Shown piece by piece: positions 49,993 through 60,863 of a stretch of DNA of 64,000 bases. The notes beneath the pieces were generated by a model. It did no database searches. It was given only the letters and a program-made list of their open reading frames with translations, and was not told the origin of the DNA. The position numbers were made by a program, and so were the translations under genes. The stretch is from Calditrichales bacterium. Lineage in GTDB: Bacteria > Calditrichota > Calditrichia > Calditrichales > J004. The stretch spans positions 1,312,001 to 1,376,000 of the forward strand of contig OZ254086.1 of assembly GCA_965267575.1 (NCBI GenBank), read 5' to 3'. Numbering within the stretch: position 1 is the first letter of the stretch; the number at the start of each line of letters is the position of its first letter.

Positions 49993-51279
49993 ATGTTAGA
50001 TCACGTCAGAGAGCAGGACAAGGAAATTTTTGATTCTATTTCCCGGGAAACTGACAGACAAAATAATACCATTGAGTTGATAGCATCGGAGAATTTCGTT
50101 TCCCATGCCGTTCTGGAAGCGGCCGGCAGCGTCATGACCAACAAATACGCCGAAGGCTATCCGGGCAAACGTTATTATGGTGGCTGTGAGTTTGTCGATG
50201 AAGCAGAAGACCTCGCCCGTGATCGCGCAAAAAAGCTTTTTGATTGTGAATATGCCAACGTCCAGCCGCACTCCGGTTCACAAGCCAACATGGCGGTCTA
50301 TTTTACCTACCTCAATCCGGGAGATACTGTTCTCGGGATGGACCTTGCCCACGGCGGACACCTGACCCACGGTTCGCCCGTAAATTTTTCAGGGAAACTC
50401 TACAATTTTATTAGCTATGGCGTGGATAAGGAGACGGGCCGCATCGATATGAGCCATGTCTCCACGCTGGCCAGGGAAAACAAACCCAAAATGATCGTTG
50501 TGGGCGCTTCCGCTTATTCGCGTCATTATGAGTTTGAAAAATTCCGCGAGATTGCAGATGCAGTGGGCGCCATTCTGTTTTGCGATATCGCCCATCCCGC
50601 AGGCTTGGTAGCCGCAGGTGTTCACCCTTCGCCGATCCCTTATTGTGATATTGTAGCAACTACAACGCACAAAACCCTGCGCGGACCGCGGGGCGGTATG
50701 CTCATGATGGGCAAGGACAGCGAAAACAAACTGGGTATTGTCGCTCCAAAATCCGGCCGCACAAAAATGATGTCGGAGTTGTTTGACAGTACCGTGATGC
50801 CTGGTATACAGGGCGGACCGCTGATGCATGTCATCGCGGCCAAAGCCGTTGCCTTTAAAGAGGCGTTGCAGCCCGGTTTTAAAAACTACGCCAGGCAGAT
50901 CATAAATAACGCGCAGGAGTTGGCCAATGCCCTTGTTGAGCACGGCTATGATATTGTATCCGGCGGAACCGATAACCATGTATTTCTCGTGGATCTCAGT
51001 AAAAAAGATATAACGGGCAAAGCGGCGGAAAATGCGCTGCATGCTGCCGGAATCACGGTTAACAAAAATATGGTTCCTTTTGACCAGAGAAGCCCCTTTG
51101 TAACAAGTGGCATTCGCCTCGGAACGGCTGCGATGACGACAAAGGGCATGAAAGAAGAACAAATGCGCAGCATCGCGAACATGATTGATACGGTATTGCG
51201 TGATGTTGAATCGCAGGACGTGCAAAATAAGGTCCTGCAGCAAGTACGCGACTTAAACAAAGATTTTCAACTGTACTAA
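49993..51279 (+). CDS. glyA: Serine hydroxymethyltransferase
   Basis: [34 protein letters not shown]. Confidence 0.98.
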   Translation: MLDHVREQDKEIFDSISRETDRQNNTIELIASENFVSHAVLEAAGSVMTNKYAEGYPGKRYYGGCEFVDEAEDLARDRAKKLFDCEYANVQPHSGSQANMAVYFTYLNPGDTVLGMDLAHGGHLTHGSPVNFSGKLYNFISYGVDKETGRIDMSHVSTLARENKPKMIVVGASAYSRHYEFEKFREIADAVGAILFCDIAHPAGLVAAGVHPSPIPYCDIVATTTHKTLRGPRGGMLMMGKDSENKLGIVAPKSGRTKMMSELFDSTVMPGIQGGPLMHVIAAKAVAFKEALQPGFKNYARQIINNAQELANALVEHGYDIVSGGTDNHVFLVDLSKKDITGKAAENALHAAGITVNKNMVPFDQRSPFVTSGIRLGTAAMTTKGMKEEQMRSIANMIDTVLRDVESQDVQNKVLQQVRDLNKDFQLY

Positions 51280-51300
51280 AATCTAACTACGATTTTTACG

Positions 51301-51326
51301 GCCTCCACGATGGGGGCTTTTTTTTT
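51301..51326 (+). terminator. Intrinsic terminator after glyA
   Basis: GCCTCCA-CGA-TGGGGGC followed by T9. Confidence 0.8.
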
Positions 51327-51336
51327 AGGCCTGAAT

Positions 51337-52062
51337 ATGGAAATGTCATTTCTCGATCACCTTGAAGAGTTGCGCTGGCGCCTGCTCAAAAGCATTGTCA
51401 GTATTGTCGTTTTCATGCTGGGTGCCTTTTTTATCTCCGATTATGTGCTGGACTTTTTGCTTCTACCGATGCAGGACATCAATGCGCAGATCTCCATGCA
51501 GGTACTTAAGGTTCAGACTATTTTTGTTATAAAGCTGGAGATTGCCTTAATACTCGGGATAATTTTGAGCCTGCCGGTAATTCTTTATCAACTTTGGGCG
51601 TTTATCGCACCCGGTTTACTGCCCAAAGAAAAAAAATATATCTGGCCGATTATCTTCTTTGCTATGCTAAGCTTCCTTATAGGCGCATCGTTTGCCTACT
51701 TTATAATAATACCCTATGCCCTGGAGTTTTTTCTTGGCCTGGCGCCGTCAACCGTGAGCAATAATATTGCCATCGATTTTTACATGGGCTTTATCCTGCG
51801 CCTTATCCTGGTGTTCGGTATTGTATTCGAGCTGCCCATTTTAAGTGTCGTGCTGGCCAAACTGGGGCTGATCTCACCCCAGTTTCTGCGCAAATACAGG
51901 CGCCACGCTATTGTAACAATTTTTATAATCGGGGCTATACTTACACCACCGGACCCTACAACACAGGTCTTTCTGGCAATCCCGCTGGTTATCCTCTATG
52001 AGGTCACCATATGGATGGCTGCCGTTTTCGGGAAAAAGAGAAACGTGCAATTGAATCAATAG
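51337..52062 (+). CDS. tatC: Twin-arginine translocase TatC
   Basis: MSFLDHLEELRWRL, YQLWAFIAPGL, FELP, TPPDP, LYE. Confidence 0.96.
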   Translation: MEMSFLDHLEELRWRLLKSIVSIVVFMLGAFFISDYVLDFLLLPMQDINAQISMQVLKVQTIFVIKLEIALILGIILSLPVILYQLWAFIAPGLLPKEKKYIWPIIFFAMLSFLIGASFAYFIIIPYALEFFLGLAPSTVSNNIAIDFYMGFILRLILVFGIVFELPILSVVLAKLGLISPQFLRKYRRHAIVTIFIIGAILTPPDPTTQVFLAIPLVILYEVTIWMAAVFGKKRNVQLNQ

Positions 52063-52111
52063 CACCAAATGTTTATTTTCCCTGTCTGTTATTTTTAAAC
52101 CCACACATTTT

Positions 52112-53089
52112 ATGGCTAAAAAATTAAGCGCTATTAAGAAACCTTTTGAGGCTGAGCTAAAAGCATACGACCGGGTTTTTAACGAGATCATGTCTTCAAA
52201 TGTGAAGCTGATCGATACGATCCTTAAGTATATTATAAAGCATAAAGGCAAGAATCTGCGTCCCCTGCTTGTGCTGATGTCAGCGAAAATTACCGGCGCA
52301 CCCAACGAAAACACCTATATCGTCGCGTCAATCATTGAAATGCTGCACAGCGCCACCCTGATCCATGATGATGTTGTGGATGATGCGGAACTGCGGCGCT
52401 CTTTTCCCTCGATCAACGCGGTCTGGAAGAATAAGATAGCCGTCCTTATGGGCGATTACCTTCTTTCCAAGTGCCTTATAGGCGGCACAAAAACCGGCAG
52501 CCTGGAGGTGATGAATATTCTGGCAGACTCATCGCGGCGTTTGAGCAAAGGCGAGCTTCTCCAGATAGAACGTTCGCGAACGCTCAACATCACCGAGGAA
52601 GAGTTTATCGATATGATTTCAGATAAGACAGCGGCTTTGATTGGTGCTTCCGCGGAGTTGGGAGCGATTACCGTAAGCGAAAAGCAGGAAGACCGCGACA
52701 ACCTGCGGCGCTATGGCGAAAACCTCGGCATCGCCTTTCAGATCAAAGACGATCTTCTGGATTATTATGGCAAGCAAAGCATTGTCGGCAAACCCGTCGG
52801 AAACGACTTCAAGGATAAAAAACTGACTTTGCCACTGATACATGCCTTTAGCAAGGCGCCGGAAAAAGAAGTAAAGTCAATCAAAAAGATGATTAAAAAC
52901 GGCGTGAAGAGTAAGGACATTCGCACAATTATTCAGTTTGCAGAATCCTTCGACGGCATATCATACGCGCGACAAAAACAGGATGACTATGCCGAAAAGG
53001 CAACGCAGGCTTTGCAGAGTTACCCGGAAAGTCCGGAAAAGCAAGCAATGATCCGCTTTGTGGATTATGTAATTGAGCGGTCCATGTAG
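52112..53089 (+). CDS. Long-chain polyprenyl diphosphate synthase (IspB-like)
   Basis: GKNLRP, HDDVVD, GDYL, KTA, FQIKDDLLD. Confidence 0.93.
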   Translation: MAKKLSAIKKPFEAELKAYDRVFNEIMSSNVKLIDTILKYIIKHKGKNLRPLLVLMSAKITGAPNENTYIVASIIEMLHSATLIHDDVVDDAELRRSFPSINAVWKNKIAVLMGDYLLSKCLIGGTKTGSLEVMNILADSSRRLSKGELLQIERSRTLNITEEEFIDMISDKTAALIGASAELGAITVSEKQEDRDNLRRYGENLGIAFQIKDDLLDYYGKQSIVGKPVGNDFKDKKLTLPLIHAFSKAPEKEVKSIKKMIKNGVKSKDIRTIIQFAESFDGISYARQKQDDYAEKATQALQSYPESPEKQAMIRFVDYVIERSM

Positions 53090-54109
53090 ATGGAGCGGAC
53101 GAAAATTTTGATAATCCGGTTAAGTTCAATCGGAGATATAATTTTAACCAGCGCTTTTGTAAGGCAGACCCGCCGGGCTTTTCCGCAGGCGGAAATACAT
53201 TTTACCGTAAAGAAAAAATTCGCCGATCTGCTGCGTTTTAATCCGCACATAGATAAACTGATTGAGTTTGATGATGCCGGCGGCTATAAAGAGTTGCAGA
53301 AACTGGCGTCCACCATACGGGCCAGCAACTACAGCCATATCTTTGATCTGCATAATAATCTGCGCAGCAACCGGATAACGCGGGGCATAAAACCTTCCTA
53401 CCTAAAAAGAATCAGTAAAGACAAGATCAGGCGGGCGGTTCTGGTATACCTGAAAATTAATCTCTATAAAAGAGCGATCGCCATTCCCCAGCGCTATCTT
53501 GCCGTGGGTGCTGAAGCCGGTGTACAGGATGACCAAAAAGGGCTGGAGCTGTTTTGGGATGATGCGATCGAAAAGAAGCTTGATAACGCCTTAAGCGCCA
53601 ACGGAATAGGGCAACGTTTTTGGGCGGTTGCGCCGGGGGCCGGTTTTGCTACCAAAATGTGGCCTCATGACTACCTGAACAAACTGCTCAAAGAGCTGGC
53701 CGGCCATGAAGATGATCTGCCCGTTGTTTTGTTGGGTTCCCAGGCGGAACGTGCGATGTTTTCCAGACTGGCAAAAACAAAAAAAGTGTATAACCTGGCC
53801 GGAAAGCTTAGTTTGCTGGAGTCGGCCGCCGTTTTGAAAAGAGCTGACTTTCTGCTTACCAACGATTCCGGCCTTATGCATATGGCCAGCGCCGTCGGCA
53901 CGCCGGTAACGGCTATTTTCGGTTCAACGGTGCGCGAGCTGGGCTTTTTTCCCTACCGCGTGCAGAATAAAGTTTTGGAGCAGCAGCTGTGGTGCCGCCC
54001 CTGTTCGCACGTTGGCAGAAGAACCTGTCCCCTTGGCCATTTTAAATGCATGCGTGAGATAACGCCGGATATTGTGCAAAAACATTTAAACAAAGCCTAT
54101 TCTTTATGA
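53090..54109 (+). CDS. GT9 ADP-heptose:LPS heptosyltransferase (WaaF-like)
   Basis: IRLSSIGDIIL, NDSGLMHMASAVGTP..IFGST, CRPCS..C..C. Confidence 0.9.
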   Translation: MERTKILIIRLSSIGDIILTSAFVRQTRRAFPQAEIHFTVKKKFADLLRFNPHIDKLIEFDDAGGYKELQKLASTIRASNYSHIFDLHNNLRSNRITRGIKPSYLKRISKDKIRRAVLVYLKINLYKRAIAIPQRYLAVGAEAGVQDDQKGLELFWDDAIEKKLDNALSANGIGQRFWAVAPGAGFATKMWPHDYLNKLLKELAGHEDDLPVVLLGSQAERAMFSRLAKTKKVYNLAGKLSLLESAAVLKRADFLLTNDSGLMHMASAVGTPVTAIFGSTVRELGFFPYRVQNKVLEQQLWCRPCSHVGRRTCPLGHFKCMREITPDIVQKHLNKAYSL

Positions 54110-55377
54110 GCCGCCTTTTTTACAATTTTTTTGTTTTGCCGCTTTTGTGTCTGTTTGCCCACGTCGCAGCTGTTTTCGATCGCAAATGGCGCGCGGCGAT
54201 AAGCGCGAGATATAAAACGGTTAAACGCTATAAAGAATGGGTTGAAAAAATTCCACGCGAGCGGTCTGTTGTTTATTTCCACGCTGCTTCAATGGGCGAG
54301 TTCGAGCACATAAAGCCGCTTCTGCAAAACCTGGCAAGCGCAGGCCGGGGCAATGTAGAGATTGTCGTTTCATTTTTCTCACCGTCGGCCTATGACCATG
54401 TTCAATCCCATGAAGGCGTCGGATTGTTTATCTACCTGCCGTTCGATTTTACCTTTACCTGGAAGAAATTATTCAACGCACGCAAACCCGATGCCATCCT
54501 GATCTCCAAGCATGATGTCTGGCCCAACATGACGCATACCGCGCGGCGCTATGACATCAAGGCTTTTCTCGTAAACGCTTCTTTGTCAGAAAAATCCAGT
54601 CGTGGCGGCGCACCCTCGCGCTGGTTCCTGGCGCCGGCCTACAGAAATCTTGAGAAGATATATGCTATCAGTAAACAGGATGCGGCACGCTTTGAAAACC
54701 TGTTTAATTGTAAAAATGTCGTTATTAACGGGGACACAAAGTTTGACCAGGTCTTTGAAAGAAAAAAAAGCGCCGAACAAAAAAAGCGTTTGGACCAAAG
54801 CTGGGAAGAGGCTACCGTTCTGCTGTATGGCAGTATTTGGCCGCAGGATGGAGCGGCCGTTCTGCCGCACCTGGAAAAATTTCTAAACGGTTCGGGCAAG
54901 CGCCGCGCGATCATTGTTCCTCATCAGCCCAAAAATGAAATTATTGATCAGCTTACGACGCATATTAAGAAGACGAAAACAGCCCGGTTTTCGGAGAACG
55001 ATTTTAAAACCAGCATTCTTATTGTTGACAGGATTGGCCTTTTAGCAGAACTGTACAGCTATGCAGATATCGCTTACGTAGGCGGCAGTTTTAGACAGGG
55101 TGTGCATAATGTGATGGAACCGGCTGTATATGGCATACCCGTTTTGTACGGACCGGTACACAAAAACGCCTATGAGGCGGTTGAGCTGGCAGAATTTGGT
55201 GCGGGCATTGTTATTAACAACGCGAACGAATTCTACGAAACTGCAGAAAAACTGGCCACGGATAGCGCATACAGAAAAAGCATTGGCGAGAAAGCGGCGG
55301 CATTCGCCCAAAAACATACCGGCGCCACAAAGCGTGTCATGGACGATTTAAAGACTTTCCTTAAAACTTCAGGTTGA
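54106..55377 (+). CDS. waaA: Kdo transferase
   Basis: FHAASMGE, YLPFD, GDTKFD, VGGSF..HNVMEPA.YG.PV..GP. Confidence 0.92.
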   Translation: MSRLFYNFFVLPLLCLFAHVAAVFDRKWRAAISARYKTVKRYKEWVEKIPRERSVVYFHAASMGEFEHIKPLLQNLASAGRGNVEIVVSFFSPSAYDHVQSHEGVGLFIYLPFDFTFTWKKLFNARKPDAILISKHDVWPNMTHTARRYDIKAFLVNASLSEKSSRGGAPSRWFLAPAYRNLEKIYAISKQDAARFENLFNCKNVVINGDTKFDQVFERKKSAEQKKRLDQSWEEATVLLYGSIWPQDGAAVLPHLEKFLNGSGKRRAIIVPHQPKNEIIDQLTTHIKKTKTARFSENDFKTSILIVDRIGLLAELYSYADIAYVGGSFRQGVHNVMEPAVYGIPVLYGPVHKNAYEAVELAEFGAGIVINNANEFYETAEKLATDSAYRKSIGEKAAAFAQKHTGATKRVMDDLKTFLKTSG

Positions 55378-55402
55378 ACTGAGGCACATCTCCCTTTAAT
55401 AT
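55374..55402 (+). promoter_or_regulatory. Putative promoter for the kinase gene
   Basis: TTGAAC-17 nt-TAATAT; favours a start codon at 55433. Confidence 0.45.
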
Positions 55403-55432
55403 ATGGCTGTTTCATTCAGGGGAAGCTGTATT

Positions 55433-58400
55433 ATGCTGGCTTTGCGCGTGCTGTTAGCGGCGGCTGTGCTTTTATCCGCCAGTGCATTTAATCCGGATTT
55501 TAAACATATTACAATTGAGGATGGCTTATCTCAGGGTACGGTCTTTGCTATCCTTCAGGACAGCCAGGGCTTTATGTGGTTTGGTACCGAAGACGGCCTT
55601 AACCGCTATAACGGTTATGAGTTTACTATATTTAAAAATGATCCAACCGATAGCACAAGCCTGCACAATAATTTTGTAACTGCCCTCCTGGAAGACGAGG
55701 AAGGATATATCTGGATAGGCACGATCCAGGGCCTTTCGCGTTATAACCCGCGCACAGAAAATTTCTTGCAAATAGACCAACCTAAACTGGCGGACGTTTA
55801 TGTCAACAATCTTAGCCAGGACCAGGCGGGAGCCATTTGGATTGCCACCCTAAAGAATGGCGTTTTTTCCTTTGATCATGCAGACGAGAGGATTAAACAT
55901 TACAACAGCAAAACAGGCCTTTCCGATGACCGCACCTGGAAAGTCATCGCGGATAAAGACGGCGCATGGATCGCAACCTCGTCCGGATTGAATTATCTGG
56001 ACCTTACCGTCGGCACGGTTAAAACATACCGTTTCCCGCAAGCGGACGATAACGCCGTTCGTGATTTTATAATTAACAGCGATAGCTCTCTGTGGATATG
56101 CTTTTACAGCTCGGGAATCGGTTATCTTGACACGACGCGCAGCATTCAAAATATATATGCGACAGGGTTTGAAGGACAAAACGCGCGAAAAATTATGAAG
56201 GACGGAGAAGGACGCATTTGGATCGCCACGATGTTTGACGGCGTAAATGTTTTCGATCCTGAAAACGGCACACTTCAAAGCTTGCACTATGAAAAGGATA
56301 ATCCAAGCAGCCTGAGCGGCAATTATGTTGAATCTATTTACCTCGACAAAAACGGATTGATCTGGGTGGGCTGTAACGCAAACGGAGTAAATTTATACGA
56401 TCCGAACAAAAAAAAATTTACGCATATCGGTGCCGAAGACGGACTTAGCGACGTGATGGTGTACGAAGTTTACGAAGACCCAAAATACGGTGGCGAAATT
56501 GTCTGGATCGGGACAGACAAAGGCGGACTGAACAAGCTGGAAAAGAGCACAGGCCAGATTACCGTTTACAGTAAGAATGAGAACAATCCGAATTCCCTGC
56601 AAAATAATTCCGTTCGCGTGGTTTTCCGGGATATAAACTCCCGCCTGTGGATTGGCACCGCCGACGGGCTTTACTTGTTTGATGAAGCAAATGAGCATTT
56701 TAGCAGGCTGGAAAGTGAAAACCCGAAACTATCGACAATTTCCGTTCGAGCGCTGTTGAATCGCCCAGGTGAGGACGGCGATGTGTTGTGGATAGGCGGC
56801 GCCAGCATGGGCTTTGTGCGCTACGATTTGAAAAACCGCACCTATAGAACTTTTGCAGCTAAGGAAGACGGCGGGATATTAAGTTCGGGATTTGTGCGTT
56901 CGGCCATGTTCGACCACGGGGGCGATTTATGGATAGGCACACTGGGCGGCGGCTTGAACAGATTGTATCCGGATAAAGATACGGTTGACATATTTTTGAA
57001 TGATCCGCAAAACCCAAACAGCCTAAGCAATAACATTGTGCTTAGCATAATTGAGGACATCAGTCCGCAGAAAAAGGATGTTTTGTGGCTGGGCACGGCG
57101 GCCGGCATCTCCAGGCTTGAACCGCAAACCGGGATATTCAGCTCGCTTACTCAAAAAGACGGATTACCCAATGATGTTATTTATGCGGTCCTTCAGGATG
57201 AAAAAGGCCGTCTGTGGGCATCAACCAATAAGGGGATCTCTCGTTATAATCCCGCTGACAGCACCTTTAAAAATTTTGACGTAACCGATGGTTTGCAGGG
57301 TGAGGAATTTAATGCCGGGGCTTACGATAAAAGCGTCACCGGTTACCTCTATTTTGGCGGCGTAAACGGTGTTAACTACTTTCATCCGGACAGCATCATG
57401 ATCAACACATCACCGCCAAGGGTGCACATAACAAGTTTTAAAAAGTTCAACAAAGAGACGGACCTTCCGCAATCGATCACCTTTACTGAACAGGTCGATC
57501 TATCCTACAAGGATGATTTTTTTTCGTTTGAGTTTGCGGCGATAGACTACGGTGCCCCGGAAAAAGTTGAATATGCCTATATGATGGAGGGCTTTGACAA
57601 GGATTGGATTTATGGCGGAAACCGGCGTTACGCGGGTTATACCAATCTTGATCCCGGTGAATATATGTTCAGAGTAAAAGCCGCGAATTCCGACGGAGTA
57701 TGGAATGAACAGGGGGCGTCAATGGCAGTTACTATCGCTACGCCGCCCTGGAAAAGCTGGTGGGCTTACCTGCTTTATGCCCTGGTGCTTGTCTTGCTGG
57801 TGCAGGGCCTGCGTTGGGCTGTCAAAAACCGTAAAAGCATTCTGGCCCTGCGCAAGAGAAAGATATCGCACTATAAATTGATTGAAGTGATTGGCGAGGG
57901 CGGACTGGGCATTGTTTACAAGGCTTTAGATTTTAATACAAACGAGCAGGTCGCTGTAAAGTTGTTAAAGCCCGATTTGCTTGAAGATGAAAAGAACCGG
58001 CAGCGATTTGCCAACGAAGGCCGCATGCTTACGGAGCTGGAGCATGAACATATTATAAATGCATATGAAATCGGTGAAGCGGACAAGCAGGGCTATATCG
58101 CAATGGAGTATTTGCCGGGCGGTACATTGCAGCAGTACCTCCACCGATCCCATCCACTGGAAATAAAGGAAATCCAACGCATTTGCCTGCAAATTACGGA
58201 TGCACTTGAACTGATCCATGCAAAGAATATTATACATCGTGACCTGAAGACGTCAAACATCATGCTGGATGAGAACGGTAATGTCCGCGTTATGGATTTC
58301 GGATTGTCAAAGTCGCCCATCGTTGCTACAATGACAACCCTGGGGACGGTGATGGGCACGCTGGGTTATGTGGCACCGGAGCAAATAACCAACATTGATG

Positions 58401-58675
58401 TTGATCACCGGGTGGATATATTCAGCTTTGGAGTGATTTTATATGAAATGCTAACGAATACACTTCCTTTTATCGGAGAAAACGAAATGGCTATGATCCA
58501 TGCGATCTTTAACGCACGGCCTGAAAAACCAAGCGTGCTTCGCGATGACATTGTGCCGGATTGGGATACAATTGTCTTTCGCTGCCTTAAAAAAGAACCA
58601 TCCCGGCGCTATCAGAGCTTTTCTGAGATCCGCGTTGAACTCAAAGAACTCACACTTATCCCGGTTAGATTGTAA
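55433..58675 (+). CDS. Receptor-type Ser/Thr kinase: Reg_prop propellers + Y_Y_Y + TM + Hanks kinase
   Basis: DGLSQ/QDSQGFMWFGTEDGL repeats; YTNLDPGEYMFRVKAANSDGVW; PPWKSWWAYLLY TM; GEGGLG, VAVK, HRDLKTSN, DFG, APE, DIFSFG. Confidence 0.92.
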   Translation: MLALRVLLAAAVLLSASAFNPDFKHITIEDGLSQGTVFAILQDSQGFMWFGTEDGLNRYNGYEFTIFKNDPTDSTSLHNNFVTALLEDEEGYIWIGTIQGLSRYNPRTENFLQIDQPKLADVYVNNLSQDQAGAIWIATLKNGVFSFDHADERIKHYNSKTGLSDDRTWKVIADKDGAWIATSSGLNYLDLTVGTVKTYRFPQADDNAVRDFIINSDSSLWICFYSSGIGYLDTTRSIQNIYATGFEGQNARKIMKDGEGRIWIATMFDGVNVFDPENGTLQSLHYEKDNPSSLSGNYVESIYLDKNGLIWVGCNANGVNLYDPNKKKFTHIGAEDGLSDVMVYEVYEDPKYGGEIVWIGTDKGGLNKLEKSTGQITVYSKNENNPNSLQNNSVRVVFRDINSRLWIGTADGLYLFDEANEHFSRLESENPKLSTISVRALLNRPGEDGDVLWIGGASMGFVRYDLKNRTYRTFAAKEDGGILSSGFVRSAMFDHGGDLWIGTLGGGLNRLYPDKDTVDIFLNDPQNPNSLSNNIVLSIIEDISPQKKDVLWLGTAAGISRLEPQTGIFSSLTQKDGLPNDVIYAVLQDEKGRLWASTNKGISRYNPADSTFKNFDVTDGLQGEEFNAGAYDKSVTGYLYFGGVNGVNYFHPDSIMINTSPPRVHITSFKKFNKETDLPQSITFTEQVDLSYKDDFFSFEFAAIDYGAPEKVEYAYMMEGFDKDWIYGGNRRYAGYTNLDPGEYMFRVKAANSDGVWNEQGASMAVTIATPPWKSWWAYLLYALVLVLLVQGLRWAVKNRKSILALRKRKISHYKLIEVIGEGGLGIVYKALDFNTNEQVAVKLLKPDLLEDEKNRQRFANEGRMLTELEHEHIINAYEIGEADKQGYIAMEYLPGGTLQQYLHRSHPLEIKEIQRICLQITDALELIHAKNIIHRDLKTSNIMLDENGNVRVMDFGLSKSPIVATMTTLGTVMGTLGYVAPEQITNIDVDHRVDIFSFGVILYEMLTNTLPFIGENEMAMIHAIFNARPEKPSVLRDDIVPDWDTIVFRCLKKEPSRRYQSFSEIRVELKELTLIPVRL

Positions 58676-59742
58676 TGATACGGTTTATCAGTATTCCCGC
58701 GCTCATCGCCGCTATTCCACTATTAAACGGCCTGGCCCTGGTCGTTTACATGTATGCTCACCCGGATCAGTCACTTGCCATTAAAGTGTGGAATTACCTG
58801 GAATCAGACACTTTTAAGCTTATCAGCGGTTCGCTGATTATTCCGTTGTTCTTTTCCGTGCTGGAAAAGCGTTACAGTTTTTTGGAAAGTCTGCGCAAGC
58901 AGCGTGAAGACAAGCACCGCCAATTGAGAGACGAAAAAAGAGCGGCCAGGAGAAAGGTGATTGATGAAACCCTTGAGATGTGGCGCAAATTGTACGACCT
59001 GGCCGGAAAGCTTATCTTTTTTGTGCCTCAGAAGGATGATCCGGAAAAAATGAATAGCATTGTCTCGGAGATGATGGCATTTACCTCCTTCGCCGAGCAA
59101 ATCGTCAACAAGTGGTCGCATCAGTTTCCCGTATTAAGCCGCCGCGACCAGGACCTTTTTCTTGAATTTATAAATGTTCTCTACCAGTCATCCTTAAGTG
59201 TTGCCTTTTTTATCCAGGACGAAAAGGACGAAAAAATCCGCGGATATTATCAAAATATGCTATACCTCATCCAGGACCAGATAAAGTCCATTGCCCATCA
59301 TCGAATTTTGAATTCCCTAAAATATGCTTTAAACGTGATGGAGTTGCGCGAGGATTACGCGGAAAAAGCAGCGATCGAGCAAGCTGAGAGTCAGTTGCAG
59401 GAGGTATTGAAGCAGTTGCGCGAATGGTATGATCACCTACGCAGGCTGGATGACAAGTTCGATAACTTTATGTCGCCGGCAACCGGAAAAGCCATAGAAG
59501 AGCTGCGATCGACGGCGCGGAAAATAGAAACGTGGCTGAAGGAAGATGAGAAAAGGCTTGTATGGAATCATGACGAATACTGGCCGGTATTTGAAAAGCA
59601 GTACAATGCGTTGACGCTGGAAGAAAAACTGGCCTCTTACCGCGCGCCTTATTCAAAGGAGTATCTGGAAGCACTGGCGCATGACTTCAGTTTGTCGTCC
59701 GCGTGCGAATATATTTATAACAGAGCACATGGTATTTGGTAG
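58675..59742 (+). CDS. Hypothetical membrane protein (2 N-terminal TM + helical domain)
   Basis: 355 aa; start overlaps the kinase stop (TAATG). Confidence 0.7.
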   Translation: MIRFISIPALIAAIPLLNGLALVVYMYAHPDQSLAIKVWNYLESDTFKLISGSLIIPLFFSVLEKRYSFLESLRKQREDKHRQLRDEKRAARRKVIDETLEMWRKLYDLAGKLIFFVPQKDDPEKMNSIVSEMMAFTSFAEQIVNKWSHQFPVLSRRDQDLFLEFINVLYQSSLSVAFFIQDEKDEKIRGYYQNMLYLIQDQIKSIAHHRILNSLKYALNVMELREDYAEKAAIEQAESQLQEVLKQLREWYDHLRRLDDKFDNFMSPATGKAIEELRSTARKIETWLKEDEKRLVWNHDEYWPVFEKQYNALTLEEKLASYRAPYSKEYLEALAHDFSLSSACEYIYNRAHGIW

Positions 59743-59748
59743 ATAAGA

Positions 59749-59788
59749 AAAAACCCGTGCACGCCGGGAAATGTATGCACGGGTTTTT
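59749..59788. terminator. Bidirectional terminator
   Basis: AAAAACCCGTGCA...TGCACGGGTTTTT inverted repeat between convergent genes. Confidence 0.85.
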
Positions 59789-59806
59789 GGGGTTTGGGGG
59801 CAGGTT

Positions 59807-60259
59807 TTAGAAGCTGTCTAAAGACGCGTAAATATTTTTCACGGTCTGCTCAACGACGTGTTCTCCGTGCCGCGCAGCCGTGAGGATTAATACGATCTTA
59901 TCTTTTACGGCGTCATCTTTTTCAAATTTTTGTGTTCTTTCCAGAAAATCCAGCGCCCAGCTGTTGTTCATTTTATAAAGTGTTATAAGCGAGAGCATGC
60001 GTACTTTACGGTTCTCGTTGTTGCGGAACTCGCGCATTACGTCATAGACGGCGTCTGACACATTTACATAATCGCTGTGGCGGATGACGAGCTGCATCGC
60101 AGAATACTTAACGCCGATGTTATCGGACTTGAGGGCCTGGGTAAGATTGTCCGAGAAGCGCGTCCAGTTTACTTGATCGGGAGAGTCAGGAGTCGTTTGG
60201 GAAATGGCCAGTGAGAAGGTTACTAATAAGGCGACAACGCCGGGTAACAACTTTTTCAT
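59807..60259 (-). CDS. Small secreted HEAT-like helical protein
   Basis: GGAGG RBS before MKKLLPG; signal peptide; LKSDNIGVKYSA and VRMLSLITL HEAT-like pairs. Confidence 0.65.
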   Translation of the reverse strand: MKKLLPGVVALLVTFSLAISQTTPDSPDQVNWTRFSDNLTQALKSDNIGVKYSAMQLVIRHSDYVNVSDAVYDVMREFRNNENRKVRMLSLITLYKMNNSWALDFLERTQKFEKDDAVKDKIVLILTAARHGEHVVEQTVKNIYASLDSF

Positions 60260-60386
60260 TTCTTCCTCCTGCACATAATGTGCTTTGATTTTGATTGTAT
60301 CTACGGCCTGGGCGCGGCAAGGTTACGAATAAAGCCGGAATTATTTTTTAACAGCCTGAAAGAAAGGGTGAAAGGTAGAAACGTCT

Positions 60387-60863
60387 ATGTCATTGGAGAT
60401 TCGCTTTGCGCAGGAAAGTGATGTCAAGCTGATCCTGGAGTTTATCAGGGGCCTGGCCGTATATGAAAAGCTGGCACATGAAGTGGTGGCAGATGAAGGG
60501 CAGCTCAGAAATACACTATTCGGAAAGCACGCCTATGCAGAAGTGTTGCTGGCATTTGAAGGCGCAAGCGCAGTAGGCTTTGCTTTGTTCTTTCATAATT
60601 ACTCAACATTCCTGGGTAAACCGGGCATTCATCTGGAAGATCTTTTTGTTCCGGAGAAATACAGGGGTCGCGGATATGGCAAAGCACTATTAAAGAAATT
60701 GGCACGAATTACCGTAGAACGCGACTGCGGCCGTTTGGAGTGGGCGGTACTTGACTGGAACAAGCCGGCGATAGAGTTTTATGAAAGCATAGAAGCAAAG
60801 GCCATGGACGAATGGATTACGTACCGCATGACAGGCGATACGCTGATAAAGTTTGCCAAATGA
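60387..60863 (+). CDS. GNAT acetyltransferase (diamine/SSAT-like)
   Basis: LAVYEK, YSTFLGKPGIHLEDLFV, RGRGYG, VLDWNKPAIEFY. Confidence 0.92.
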   Translation: MSLEIRFAQESDVKLILEFIRGLAVYEKLAHEVVADEGQLRNTLFGKHAYAEVLLAFEGASAVGFALFFHNYSTFLGKPGIHLEDLFVPEKYRGRGYGKALLKKLARITVERDCGRLEWAVLDWNKPAIEFYESIEAKAMDEWITYRMTGDTLIKFAK

